Origin: Octopus sinensis
Lineage: Eukaryota
NCBI RefSeq assembly: GCF_006345805.1
Contig: NW_021834240.1
Location: forward strand, 1-64,000
DNA length: 64,000 nt
Reading direction: 5' to 3'
Shown here: piece after piece, positions 37,921-51,027 of the stretch
How positions within the stretch are numbered: position 1 is the stretch's first letter
Layout: each line of letters opens with the position of its first letter
The notes under the pieces: model-generated
Seen by the model: only the letters and a program-made list of their open reading frames with translations
The model's database searches: none
Told to the model about the DNA's origin: nothing
Made by a program: the position numbers and the translations under genes

Positions 37921-38279
37921 ACTCTTTTACTTGTTTCAGTCATTTGACTGCGGCCATGCTGGAGCACCGCCTTTAATTGAGCAAATCGACCCCAGGACTT
38001 ATTCTTTGTAAGCCCAATAACTTAAAATTGAATAGAAGATCTGAATACCACCTGATGAATGTCCTTAGAAGAGACACGAAACAATTGTAGTGGCGAATTT
38101 AATTTTATTTAATTTATATAAAAATTTTTATGTATTGGCTTAAGTCTTTCATTGTTTGATTTGCCTAATAGTGGTTTTGTCTCTAATTAATATAATATAA
38201 TATTTTACTATAAAATTGGATTCAATCATAAATCTGATTTTTCCCTGTAAATTTGGATTTATTCCCTAATATTTATTAT

Positions 38280-38311
<32 letters not shown>

Positions 38312-38481
38312 TACATATATACGACGGGCTTCTTTCAGTTTCCGTCTACCAAATCGACTCACAAGGCATTGGTCGGCCCGGGGCTATAGTAGAAGACACT
38401 TGCCCAAGGTGCCACGCAGTGGGACTGAACCCAGAACCATGTGGTTGGTTAGCAAGCTACTTACCACACAGCCACTCCTGC
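37921..38481 (-). mobile_element. SINE A interrupted by a hammerhead-bearing AT-rich insert (~38020-38275)
   Basis: Tail 37921-38020, head 38320-38481. Confidence 0.75.
38048..38093 (+). ncRNA. Minimal type I hammerhead ribozyme fold
   Basis: CCAC-CTGATGA-ATGTC..GACAC-GAAAC-AATT-GTA-GTGG; only the 10.1-11.1 pair is broken (A x C). Confidence 0.65.
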
Positions 38482-39443
38482 ACATGTATATATATATATA
38501 TATATATACACTCAAACACACATATACATACACACGAAACAAACACATATACACATATATATACAGACACAATATACATATAACATACACATTTTCACAT
38601 TTTACATACACACACACATACATATATATATATATACACACACACACACGCATGTGTGTACCTGCATACAAAAGTTGTGTGCGAGTGCATATGAGCATAC
38701 AAATGTATGCGTGTGTATTAAACACCACTGTCATCATCATCATCATCATCATCATCTACACACAGTAAATGATGCTCACCAACATCAGAGCAGACCTGAC
38801 TGCTACATTCCACTGCAATCACCACCACCGCCGCCACATCTTTGTCTCCATGGTTACAGCATGGCTGTCTCCCACTGTCACCACATCCCCTTCGCCACCC
38901 CCTCTCTTACACAACTGATTTACAAGAGACAACGCAATACACAATACACACACACACAAGGCTAAAGAGCAAGCAGATACCTGGTCACTAGACAAGCTAG
39001 AAATAGCAACCAAGTGTCCCTCAAATCACTAATTAGTGCTTTAAATAAAATAACATCAAATTAGCTAACACAGCTTCTATTTTAAGTAAATATAGATGGG
39101 GTGGTCATGGATGGAATACTACCATCCAACCCATGCCAGCATGAACAACAGACATGAGATGATGATGATGATGATGTATGTATGTATATTTTTCCTGAGC
39201 AGAAAAGTAATACATCTTATTTGTCGTTCCTTCATCTGTCACTGTCTTTCCATCAAATTTTGAACCACACACACACATATATATATATATAAGTAGGTGA
39301 ATGAATTATCCTAGTATGGAAAACTCGGTTAACCGATACCTGGGTAGCAAATTCACGTCAGAAAACACGATTAAAGCTACATATCAAGGGTAGAAACCCC
39401 GTATTCTTGTGTGTAAATTTGTGTTTTTTTTATATGAATAAAC

Positions 39444-39675
39444 GAAAGAATGGAGTCGAATGAATGTTTTAACAAAATTGCTTTACTTTCGACATATGTT
39501 TCGAAGACTGCATACTCTTAATTCCGAAGAGACTGAAAGAGGCTCCTTGTCTTTCCTGAAGAGAAGACGGCATAATGCACACTTTATTCCTTCGGAATTA
39601 AGAGTATGCAGTCTTCGAAACATGTGTCGAACGTAAAGGAATTTTGTTAAAATATTTGTTCGACTCCATTCTTTC
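39444..39675. repeat. Inverted repeat with 86-bp arms and a 60-bp spacer
   Basis: 39444-39529 vs 39590-39675, about 6 mismatches. Confidence 0.95.
39551..39633 (+). ncRNA. Type I hammerhead ribozyme fold with canonical core and GUC triplet
   Basis: CTGAAGA 39556-62; stem II GAAGACGGCAT/ATGCAGTCTTC; GAAA 39617-20; stem III AC-ATGT-GT; GTC 39626-28; stem I CTTTC/GAACG. Confidence 0.72.
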
Positions 39676-39699
39676 ATATATATATATATAGCGCCGCCT

Positions 39700-39936
39700 A
39701 GACTGGTTTCTGTGCCGGTGGCACGTAAAAAGCACCAACCGACCGTGGCCACTACCAGCCTCCCCTGGCACGTAAAAAGCACCCACTACACTCGCGGAGT
39801 GGTTGGCATTAGGAAGGGCATCCAGTTGTAGAAACACTGCCAGATCAGACTAGAGCCTGGTGCAACCTCCTGGCTTCCCAGACCACGGTCGAACCATACA
39901 ACCCATGCAAGCACGGAAAACGGACGTTAAACGATG

Positions 39937-39937
<1 letters not shown>
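39700..39937 (+). mobile_element. Family D retroposon
   Basis: Body ending GGACGTTAAACGATG. Confidence 0.8.
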
Positions 39938-39985
<48 letters not shown>

Positions 39986-40428
39986 TCCTTGCTATTATGC
40001 AAAAGTGTCGTAAGTCCAAAACATTGCATCTTTTTCAGAAAACGAACCAATAGTTTCACCCGATTCCATTTTTGCTTTTTACATTAGAAACAGTTTCAGC
40101 TTAACAATGATGCTTTATTGGGGGCATAATAATCCTAACTCGATGCATGTTATGATATTTTCAGTCAGAAATATTTTTGCAAAACTGTCGTTTGTGGGAC
40201 TTACTACACTTTTGAAAAAATGCTAAACCGTTCAACTACACTCTGACAATCTTTCATATCTTGGCATCCAAAGCAGCTGGAGATACGATAGTTTGACAAA
40301 AAGAACCAGATATTGAAAGCAAAATAAAATATTGGAAAAAATTTTAAAAAATGCATTTGGCCAAATTTGGAAATACGACAGTTTAACATTATAACAATAT
40401 ATACATGATATATGTGTGTGTGTATATA

Positions 40429-40630
40429 CTCTTTTACTTGTTTCAGTCATTTGACTGCGGCCATGCTGGAGCACCGCCCTTAGTCGAGCAACCCGACCCC
40501 AGGACTTATTCTTTTGTAAGCCCAGTACTTATTCTATCGGTCTCTTTTGCCGAAACGCTAAGTGACAGGGACGTAAACACACCAGCATCGGTTGTCAAGC
40601 AATGCTAGGGGGACAAACAGAGACACACAA

Positions 40631-40686
<56 letters not shown>

Positions 40687-40849
40687 GACGGGCTTCTTTC
40701 AGTTTCCGTCTACCAAGTCCACTCACAAGGCATTGGTCAGCCCGGGGCTATAGCAGAAGACACTTGCCCAAGATGCCACGCAGTGGGTCTGAACACGGAA
40801 CCATGTGGTTGGTAAGCAAGCTACTTACCACACAGCCACTCCTGCGCCT
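40429..40849 (-). mobile_element. SINE A, full length
   Basis: Head, core and tail. Confidence 0.9.
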
Positions 40850-41074
40850 ATATGTATGTATTTGGCGTTAAGAAGGGCATCCAGCCATAAAAACCATGCT
40901 AAATCAGACTGGATCCTGGTGCAGCCTTCCAGCATACCAGCCCTGGTCAAACTATCCAACCCATGCCAGCATGGCTAATGGACATTAAATGATGATGATG
41001 ACGATGATGTATACGTGCGTGTGTGTGACAAAGTGCAAACATGTTTAGAGAAAATTAGGTGCGAGACGCAATGA

Positions 41075-41220
41075 GATACGGAGGGGCGAAGGCAGCGATG
41101 GTTTGGTCATGTGATGCGTATGAATGAGGACAGCTGTATGAAGAAGTGCTGGTTGTTTAAAGTGGATGAAACCTAGAGAAGAAGGAGACACAGGAAGCCA
41201 TGGGATGAAGTAGTGAGGAC
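41075..41220 (+). mobile_element. RTE LINE ORF2 C-terminal fragment
   Basis: RRQRWFGHVMRMNEDSCMKKCWLFKVDET*RRRRHRKPWDEVV. Confidence 0.8.
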
Positions 41221-41892
41221 CAATTACTGGAGCTATGTAAAGAGCACCCAGTACACTCTGAAGAGGTTTGTGTTGCAAAGGCCAACCAGCTGCAGAAATT
41301 TTGGCAAAGCAGAGAGCAGAGCTTCCCACAGGTTTGACAGAAGCCGGTGAGGCACAGGACAGTGACTGAGCACCAGTACATATTTTGGTAGGGTTTCCAT
41401 TCCTGGATGCCCTTCCAATTGCCAACCACTTCACACAATGTACCGAGTGTACTCTTTTTTCACCATAGCACCAACACCACTGGGGTTACCTTGCCATCAG
41501 CAAAGCCAAAGAGTCCTCTCACACCCAGCATTATCTCTGCTTGCTCCACCAACTATTCTACGGTGTGAACTGCTTGGTTTTCCCATGCTACCAATACTAT
41601 TGAGAGTAAACGGTGGGGTGGCTTAGTGTTCACAGTGCTGCAATGACATTCACAGCATCATGGTTTCAATTTCTGACTAGGCAATGCCTAGTCTTCTTCA
41701 GCAACACACTTCATTGTACAGTGCTCCAGTCCACTCAGCCATAATTTATCTCTCATCATTTACTTGTGATTTTCCTTATTCTTTAATTCTTATTTATAAT
41801 GCTGCCACCACCATCATCACCATGAAAGCATGGCATGCTAGAAATAGCAGCCAAATCGTCCTCATATCACACCCTACTCTCTTATCTATGTA

Positions 41893-43178
41893 CGAGGGGC
41901 GTTCAATAAGTAATGCCTCTGACCCACTTGCCGTTGATTGATCTAGCTGAGATTTTGCATGTGTAATTATTTATATCTCTATAGATTAAGTGGTAAATTA
42001 CAGCTCCGAACTAATAGTGGTTTCTGATTTACATGTGTTTGAAATGAGTCAAGTGGGAAATGGTGAGTGTCGAGAAGTGATCCGGTTTTTGTATTTGAAA
42101 TGACGCACACCACAGGAAACTTTTGATGAAATGAAAATAACTTATGGTGATGATGCCCCATCATATGACCTTGTAAAACGCTGGCATCGTGAATTCAAAC
42201 ATGGTCGGAACTCTGTGGAAACAGCTCCCAGATCTGGTCGCCCCCCTTCTGCCATTGATGAGGCATCTGTCCGTCAAGTTGAGGCTGCCATTTTGGAAGA
42301 TGGACGCATAACTATTCGCCAAATAGCGCATGAGGTCAAGATTAGCACCGGGTCTGTGGAAACTATCATTCATGACCATTTGCATATGCAAAAGGTGTCT
42401 GCCAGATGGATTTCCAGGTTGCTCACACCTTTCCTGAAGCAAGAACGCGTCGAGTGCTCGAGGATGAATTTAGGGATGTGCCAAGAAGATGAGTCAAAAT
42501 TTTTCAAAAGACTGATTACACAGGATGAAACCTGGGTTCATCACTATGATCCAGAGTCCAAAGCCCAGTCAATGCAGTGGAAGCACCATGACTCACCTCC
42601 TCCAAAGAAGGCAAGGGTGCAGCCCTCCGCTGGCAAGGTCATGCTCACAGTCTTCTGGGACCAGGACAGAGTAGTGATGACAGATTTCCTGGGAAAGGGT
42701 ACCACAATTACAGGAGCCTATCATGCTTCACTTTTGAGGAAATTAAGAGAAGCTATCAAAACCAAGAGGCAGGGCGAGATCAGCAAAGGCATCCTCCTCC
42801 TGCAGGACAACGCTCCGGTCCACAACTCGCGTGTCGCCAGATCAGAAGCACAGGCGTGCGGCTATGAACACTTCCCCCATCACCCCTACTCTCCTGACCT
42901 TGCACCCTCTGATTTTCACCTCTTCCCAGCCATGAAGTTGTTTTTGAAAGGAAAGCGTTTCCCAGATGATGCAGCCCTGCTTTCTGAAGTCACGTCATGG
43001 TTGGAGGACCAAGCTGGGGTCTTCTACAAAAACGGTCTCCAGAGCTGTATCAAACGATGGGAGAAATGCATAACTCTGGGTTGTTCCTATGCTGAAAAAG
43101 ACTAATACCTGTGCCAAGTTTCGTTGCTCTACTGCTACGGGAAGTGGGTCAGGGGCATTACTTATTGAACGCCCCTCG
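41893..43178 (+). mobile_element. Full-length mariner (DD34D) DNA transposon, 1286 bp
   Basis: 42-bp TIRs at 41893-41934 (CGAGGGGCGTTCAATAAGTAATGCC...) and 43137-43178 with 2 mismatches; TA duplicated at 41891-92 and 43179-80; internal transposase ORF. Confidence 0.97.
42044..43105 (+). pseudogene. Mariner transposase with one premature stop (codon 20, TGA at 42101-42103); open 324-aa frame from ATG 42131
   Basis: ATG 42044 is in frame with ORF 42131-43105: MSQVGNGECREVIRFLYLK*RTPQETFDEMKITYGDDAPSYDLVKRW. Catalytic motifs ITQDETW, LQDNAPVH and YSPDLAPSDFHLF, with 34 residues between the 2nd and 3rd Asp. The WVPxxL motif reads WISRLL. Confidence 0.93.
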
Positions 43179-46100
43179 TATATATGTATGTATGAACCAA
43201 TGAGGGAGACCTCTACGTGGTAGCTAGACCTGGTAGAAATAGCAGCCAAATCTCCCTCAAATCACACCCTACTCTCTTATCTATGTATATATGTATGTAT
43301 GAGCCAATGGGGGAGACCTCTACATGGTAGCTAGACCTGCTAGAAATAGCAGCCAAATCTCCCTCATATCACACCCTGCTCTCGTATCTATGTATATATG
43401 TATGAACCAATGAGGGAGACCTCTACATGGTAGCTAGACCTGCTAGAAATAGCAGCCAAATCTCCCTCAAATCACACCCTACTCTCTTATCTATGTATAT
43501 ATGTATGTATGAGCCAATGAGGGAGACCTCTACATGGTAGCTAGACCTGGTAGAAATAGCAGCCAAATCTCCCTCAAATCACACCCTACTCTCTTATCTA
43601 TGTATATATGTATGTATGAGCCAATGAGGGAGACCTCTACATGGTAGCTAGACCTGGTAGAAATAGCAGCTAAATCTCCTCTCAAATCACACCCTACTCT
43701 CTTATCTATGTATATATGTATGTATGAGCCAATGGGGGAGACCTCTACATGGTAGCTAGACCTGGTAGAAATAGCAGCCAAATCTCCCTCAAATCACACC
43801 CTACTCTCTTATCTATGTATATATGTATGTATGAGCCAATGAGGGAGACCTCTACATGGTAGCTAGACCTGGTAGAAATAGCAGCTAAATCTCCTCTCAA
43901 ATCACACCCTACTCTCTTATCTATGTATATATGTATGTATGAGCCAATGGGGGAGACCTCTACATGGTAGCTAGACCTGGTAGAAATAGCAGCCAAATCT
44001 CCCTCAAATCACACCCTACTCTCTTATCTATGTATATATGTATGTATGAGCCAATGGGGGAGACCTCTACATGGTAGCTAGACCTGGTAGAAATAGCAGC
44101 CAAATCTCCCTCAAATCACACCCTACTCTCTTATCTATGTATATATGTATGTATGAGCCAATGAGGGAGACCTCTACATGGTAGCTAGACCTGGTAGAAA
44201 TAGCAGCTAAATCTCCTCTCAATCACACCCTACTCTCTTATCTATGTATATATGTATGTATGAGCCAATGGGGGAGACCTCTACATGGTAGCTAGACCTG
44301 GTAGAAATAGCAGCTAAATCTCCCTCAAATCACACCCTACTGTCATATGTATACATGTATGTATGAGCCAAGAAAGGAGACCTCTATGTGGTAGCAAGAT
44401 CTGGTAGAAATAGCAGCTAAATCTCCCTCAAATCACACCCTACTGTCATATGTATACATGTATGTATGAGCCAAGAGGAGACCTCTATGTGGTAGCAAGA
44501 TCTGGTAGAAATAGCAGCTAAATCTCCCTCAAATCACACCCTACTCTTTATTATGTATATATGTATGTATGACCAATGGGGGAGACCTCTACATGGTAGC
44601 TAGACCTGGTAGAAATAGCAGCCAAATCTCCCTCAAATCACACCCTACTTCTTATCTATGTATATATGTATGTATGAGCCAATGAGGGAGACCTCTACAT
44701 GGTAGTAGACCTAGACCTGTAGAAATAGCAGCTAAATCTCCTCTCAAATCACACCCTACTCTCTTATCTATGTATATATGTATGTATGAGCCAACAAGGC
44801 AGACCTCTATATGGTAACTAGGCCTGGTAGAAATAGCAGTCAATTCTCCGTCAAACCACACCCTACTGTCTTATGTATGAGTCAATGGGGGAGACCTCTA
44901 CATGGTAGCTAGATATGGTCGAAGTAGCAACCACATCTCCCTCAAATGACACCCTATTGTCGTATGTATGCGTATATGTATGTATGAGCCAATGAGGGAG
45001 AACTCTACATGGTAGCTAGAGATGGTAGAAATAGCAGCTAATCTCCTCTCAAATCACACCCTACTCTCTTATCTATGTATATATGTATGTATGAGCCAAT
45101 GGGGGAGACCTCTACATGGTAGCTAGACCTGGTAGAAATAGCAGCCAAATCTCCCTCAAATCACACCTACTCTCTTATCTATGTATATATGTATGTATGA
45201 GCCAATGGGGGAGACCTCTACGTGGTAGCAAGATCTGTTAGAAATAGCAGCCAAATCTCCCTCAAATCATACCCACTGTCTTATCTATGTATACATGTAT
45301 GTATGAGCCAATGAGGGAAACCTCTACATGGTAGCTAGACCTGGTAGAAATAACAGCCAAATCTCCCTCAAATCACACCCTACTCTCTTATCTATGTATA
45401 TATGTATGTATGAGCCAATGAGGGAGACCTCTACATGGTAGCTAGACCTGGTAGAAATAGCAGCCAAATCTCCCTCAAATCACACCCTACTCTCTTATCT
45501 ATGTATATATGTATGTATGAGCCAATGAGGGAGACCTCTACATGGTAGCCAGACCTGGTAGAAATAGCAGCCAAATCTCCCTCAAATCACACCCTACTCC
45601 CTTATCTATGTATATATGTATGTATGAGCCAATGAGGGAGCCTCTACATGGTAGCTAGACCTGGTAGAAATAGCAGCCAAATCTCCCTCAAATCACACCC
45701 TACTCTCTTATCTATGTATATGTATGTATGAGCCAATGAGGGAGACCTCTACATGGTAGCTAGACCTGGTAGAAATAGCAGCCAAATCTCCCTCAAATCA
45801 CACCCTACTCTCTTATCTATGTATATATGTATGTATGAGCCAATGAGGGATGCCTCTACATGGTAGCTAGACCTGGTAGAAATAGCAGCCAAATCTCCCT
45901 CAAATCACACCCTACTCTCTTATCTATGTATATATGTATGTATGAGCCAATGAGGGAGACCTCTACATGGTAGCTAGACCTGGTAGAAATAGCAGCCAAA
46001 TCTCCCTCATATCACACCCTACTCTCTTATCTATGTATATATGTATGTATGAGCCAATGAGGGAGACCTCTACATGGTAGCTAGACCTGGTAGAAATAGC

Positions 46101-46468
46101 AGCTAAATCTCCTCTCAAATCACACCCTACTCTCTTATCTATGTATATATGTATGAGCCAATGAGGGAGACCTCTACATGGTAGCCAGACCTGGTAGAAA
46201 TAGCAGCCAAATCTCTCTCAAATCACACCCTACTCTCTTATCTATGTATATATGTATGTATGAGCCAATGAGGGAGACCTCTACATGGTGGCTAGACCTG
46301 GTAGAAATAGCAGCCAAATCTCCCTCAAATCACTCCCTACTCTCTTATCTATGTATATATGTATGTATGAGCCAATGGGTGAGACCTCTACATGGTGGCT
46401 AGACCTGGTAGAAATAGCAACCAAATCTCCCTCAAATCACTCCCTACTCTTTTAGCTATGCATATATG
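43179..46468 (+). repeat. Tandem array of a 107-bp monomer, about 31 copies; the first monomer starts at ~41838 and is split by the mariner
   Basis: Unit TAGAAATAGCAGCCAAATCTCCCTCAAATCACACCCTACTCTCTTATCTATGTATATATGTATGTATGAGCCAATGAGGGAGACCTCTACATGGTAGCTAGACCTGG repeated head to tail. Confidence 0.97.
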
Positions 46469-46484
46469 AGCAAAGAAGGGAGGC

Positions 46485-46516
<32 letters not shown>

Positions 46517-46669
46517 ATTGTAGCAAGACTTGATAAAAATAACAGTCTATAACACCACCACCACCACCACCACCACCATCAACCAGACTCCAGTTCCACA
46601 GTTATGTGAACCTGATTTTATCGACCAGTTATGTCTTACATTATCTGGTGTTCTGTCTTAATGCACATC

Positions 46670-47300
46670 ATACACCTGTGATGGTGGTGGTGTGGTGGTG
46701 GTGGTATGCTGTAATGGTGACAGCAGAGGGGATGCAATTACGGTATGGTGGTGGTGGCATTGGAGATAGTGATGGGGGGGAGGGTGATGTGATTACAATA
46801 CTGTGATGGCAGTAGTGGAGGCGGGGTCGGGGTGATGTGATGGTAGTGGTGATGGTGGAGTAGTGATAACAGTATGGGGATGGTGGCGGTGGTTGGTGGT
46901 GATGGCAGTGGTTGTTGGTGATGGCAGTGATGGTGGTGGTGGTGGTGGTTGGTGGTGGCAGTGGTTGTTGGTGATGGCAGTGATGGTGGTGGTGGTGGTG
47001 GTTGGTGGTGGCAGTGGTTGGTGGTGACGGCAGTGGGTGGTGGCGGTGGTGGTGGCAGTGGTGGTTGGTAGCGGTTGATGTTTGTGGTGGTGGTGGTGGA
47101 GACGGTGGTGTTGGTGGTAGTGTTGATGGTAGTGGTGATGGTGTCGGTGGTGGTGCTGATAGCAAAGGTGGTGGTGGTGGTGGTGGTTGTGGTTTTGATG
47201 ATGTTCTTGTCGATGTTCCCAGCAGTAATATCAGAACAGTGGAGATAGCACAGTGTCAGTGGTGGTGGTCGTGGCGATGGTGGTGACGCAGGGGCAGAAC
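46670..47300 (+). repeat. Degenerate (GGT)n/(GAT)n trinucleotide low-complexity tract
   Basis: Direct reading. Confidence 0.92.
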
Positions 47301-48083
47301 TGGCTACAGTGGTTGGGTGGAGTGTAGGGGGGGGCAGGGCGGAGACTGATTACAGAGATAGGAGAAACAGTGCGTTGATGATGGCAGTCGTAGGGAAGAT
47401 AGCTGTGGTCGATGATGCTGGTGATGATGATGATGATGAGGAGAGAGGCGAGCATAGATCGGGAGGGGTGGGTCGGTGAGGCAGTCAGAGAAAAACATTT
47501 CTATAATTATATATCGAGAAAGGGGTTCTCTTGAGATGCCTGCACGTATATATAACATATATATATAACATATATATATATATATATATATATATGTGAA
47601 TGTTCATACATTTATAAACACTTGTGTGTGTGTGTGTGTATATATACACACACAAACACACACACGTGTGCACACATACATATGTACACGCATACATTTA
47701 TACATAGCCAAATACATCCACATGTCTGCATATACACACCCAATTACTTATATAACAGAGAAAATGGGATATATAATATGTATTATATAGACATAGGCTG
47801 AGATATACAAATATACATCCATATATACACATATGTATATTATACATATATATTCATATTATATACATATGGTGCCCCAGCATGGCCGCGGCCTTCGGGC
47901 TAAAACATTTTTAAGGATTTAAGGATATAATATATATATATAAATGCATATACACACTAGTATACATACATATTATATACGCATACATATACAAATATAC
48001 ACATATAAACACAAATGTGTGTATATATATGTTATATACACGTACGTATGATGATTATGATTGATTACATACGAAGAGAAGTA

Positions 48084-48160
48084 CAGGGTGTCCATAAATT
48101 ACTTTTACAATTTGGATTGGGGAATTGTGAAATTTGTAAAGATAATTTATGAACATCCTG
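48084..48160. mobile_element. 77-bp Tc1/mariner-type MITE
   Basis: TA-CAGGGTGTCCATAAATTA ... TAATTTATGAACATCCTG-TA: 18-bp TIRs with 2 mismatches and TA on both sides. Confidence 0.7.
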
Positions 48161-48493
48161 TATATATATACACACACATATATATATATATGGTCCATTT
48201 TTTTTCGTCTTTTACCTTGATCTGACATTTGTGCCACACCACCACCACCACTGTTACAGAAGAAAGCAGCAGCAGCTTAGCTTGCTTCTCGATTCTCTAC
48301 AATGGTAAAAACGGTGTCTATATTTCATTCTAGTTGTAACAAGAAGACACACTACACACCCACACACACACCGTGTGTGTAAATGGTGCAGGCTTGAAAC
48401 AGGCACAGATATATAGATATATGTGTGTGTGTGTGTGTATATGTATATAAATATATATATATATGTGTGTGTGTATGTGTATATATGAAAGTG

Positions 48494-48543
<50 letters not shown>

Positions 48544-48571
48544 GAAAGTGTTTATGTATGTATGAATGTAC

Positions 48572-48603
<32 letters not shown>

Positions 48604-48622
48604 ATATATATATATATATATG

Positions 48623-48657
<35 letters not shown>

Positions 48658-48950
48658 CATACATATATATGAAAGTGTATATGTATGTATGAATGTACAT
48701 ATATATATTATATATATATATGTGTGTGTGTGTATGTATATATATATATATATGAAAGTGTATATGTATGAATGTACATATATATGTGTGTGTGTATACA
48801 TATATGTCCATATATATGTATATATACATATATATCCATATATATGTATATATACATATATATCCATATATATGTATATATACATATATATATATGCATA
48901 CATATATATATGCATATATATACACACACACATATATATACCAGTGTATG

Positions 48951-48982
<32 letters not shown>

Positions 48983-49236
48983 TATATATGGTATATGTTT
49001 GAGTGTAAGTGACTGTATAACAGGATAAAAAATTTAACATGCATTTTATCACATGGAATATATTTTATTCTCTTTCATACAGTACATGTGTGTGCATATA
49101 TATATATATGTATGTGTATATACATATGCATATGACTATATATGCATGTGTGTGTATGCATATACATGAATAAAATATATACATGCTAATGTGATGTGCC
49201 CCATTCTTCGACTTTGTTCTTTCAAACCTATACACG

Positions 49237-49282
<46 letters not shown>

Positions 49283-49389
49283 TAAATATATACATATATG
49301 CATATATAAACATACATACAAACACAGATTTCTATCAAAATATACATTTCTCTTTATACACACATACACTATCTGTGTGTATCTCATAT

Positions 49390-49762
49390 CTTTTAGTTGC
49401 TTGTCATTTGACTGCGGCCATGCTGGGGCACTGCCACAAATGGTTTTAGTTAAACAAATCAAACCGTGGACTTTTAAGCCTAGTAGTTATTCTATCGGTC
49501 TCTTCTGTTGAACCACTAAGTCATGGGGACATAAACACACCAACATCAAGTGGTGGTGTGACGAAAAACATAGACACAAAGACATAAATATATATATATA
49601 TATATAGATGTAGATGATGGGCTTCTTTCAGTTTCCGTCTGCCAAATCAACTCAGAAGACTCTGGTCAGCCCGAGTCTATAGCAGAAGACACTTGCCCAA
49701 GATGCCACGCAGTGGGACTGAACCCGGAACCATGTAAACAAGCTTACCACACAGCCACATCT
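49390..49762 (-). mobile_element. SINE A, diverged
   Basis: Family motifs. Confidence 0.72.
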
Positions 49763-51027
49763 TATATATATGTATGCTATATATATATATATATATAGGA
49801 GTGGCTGTGTGGTAAGTAGCTTGTTTACCAACCACATGGTTCCGAGTTCAGTCCCAACATCCTTGGCAGTGAAGGGCGGAATGGACAGCAGACGAACGAC
49901 CCCATTGGCCACAAACAAGGATGGTAGAGTACTGTGTCCCTTAAGAGAATGAGGGGTTCCAGTGGATCTGATCAATGTGCAAGTGGCTGAGTGCTCCACA
50001 GACATGTGTACCCTTAGCATAGTTCTCAAGGAGATTCAGCATAATACAGAATGTAACAAGGCTGGCCCCTTTGAAATTACTGGTACAACTCATTTTTGCC
50101 AGCTGAGTGGACTGGAGTGAGGTGAAATAAAGTGTCTTGCTGAAGGAGAGAGCGCGCTGCCGGGAATTGAACTCATGACCTTACGATTATGAGAAGGTGT
50201 GACAACATCAAGGATTAGATTGAGCCAGGTGGTGGAGAGCCCCTGATGGCGTATTCAAGGCCAGAACAGGACTGGGTGGGGTGGGGGGTGATGCGAGGTG
50301 AGGGTGGGCAATAAACCTCCTCCCAAACACACCCTGACCCTTAACCCCGAGGATGGGGCTACTGTCCTTTGAAATTCACCTCCCAGCACTGTGGTTTCGA
50401 GTTCAGCCCTGCTACTTGTGTTTTCTAGTACAGGCCCTGACCAGATGGAAACTGAAAGAAGCCTATTGCGTGCCATGATGATGATCATTCTCATTTACTG
50501 TTCATCTTCCATGACAGCTTGGGTTGGACAGTTCGGCAAAGTCCAACGAGCCAGGGGACTGTGTTGACCCCCAAAGTCTACTTTCACACGGTTTCTGTCG
50601 ATAAAGCACCTTCCCAGATCATTTATATTTCTGGGGCCGATTTCCTGGTTTCTGTGGTGCATATGTTACCTCCCTGGACGAGGCACATGTCCATTGCAGC
50701 ATTGCTCACTTTTGCCAGCCGAGTAGACTGCACCAATGCGAAATGAAATGTCTTGCTCAAGAAAACAATTCATCACATATATTATTATATTTATCCCACA
50801 TTATATTGGTATAACCATGATGCAGCCCCCAAAAAACTGACCCACTAGTCAGTACCATTAGAAGGTAACCAGCAGAATGAAATATGGGCTTTGTTTGTAA
50901 ACTCCTAATGTTACCATAAACGAATTTTAAAGATCTCTATCTACCCATCTATACAAAACTGTCAAACGGGAAAGTGAAACTCCGAGGAACAGTTTTTGCG
51001 ATATTTTTGCTACTTTTTAATAAAGAA

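Noticed and set aside
43530-46402. Array as a CRISPR or coding repeat
   Set aside because: No unique spacers, no cas genes, eukaryotic context; the short ORFs are repeat translations.
46668-47165. Pro/His/Thr-rich ORF
   Set aside because: Low-complexity (GGT)n tract.
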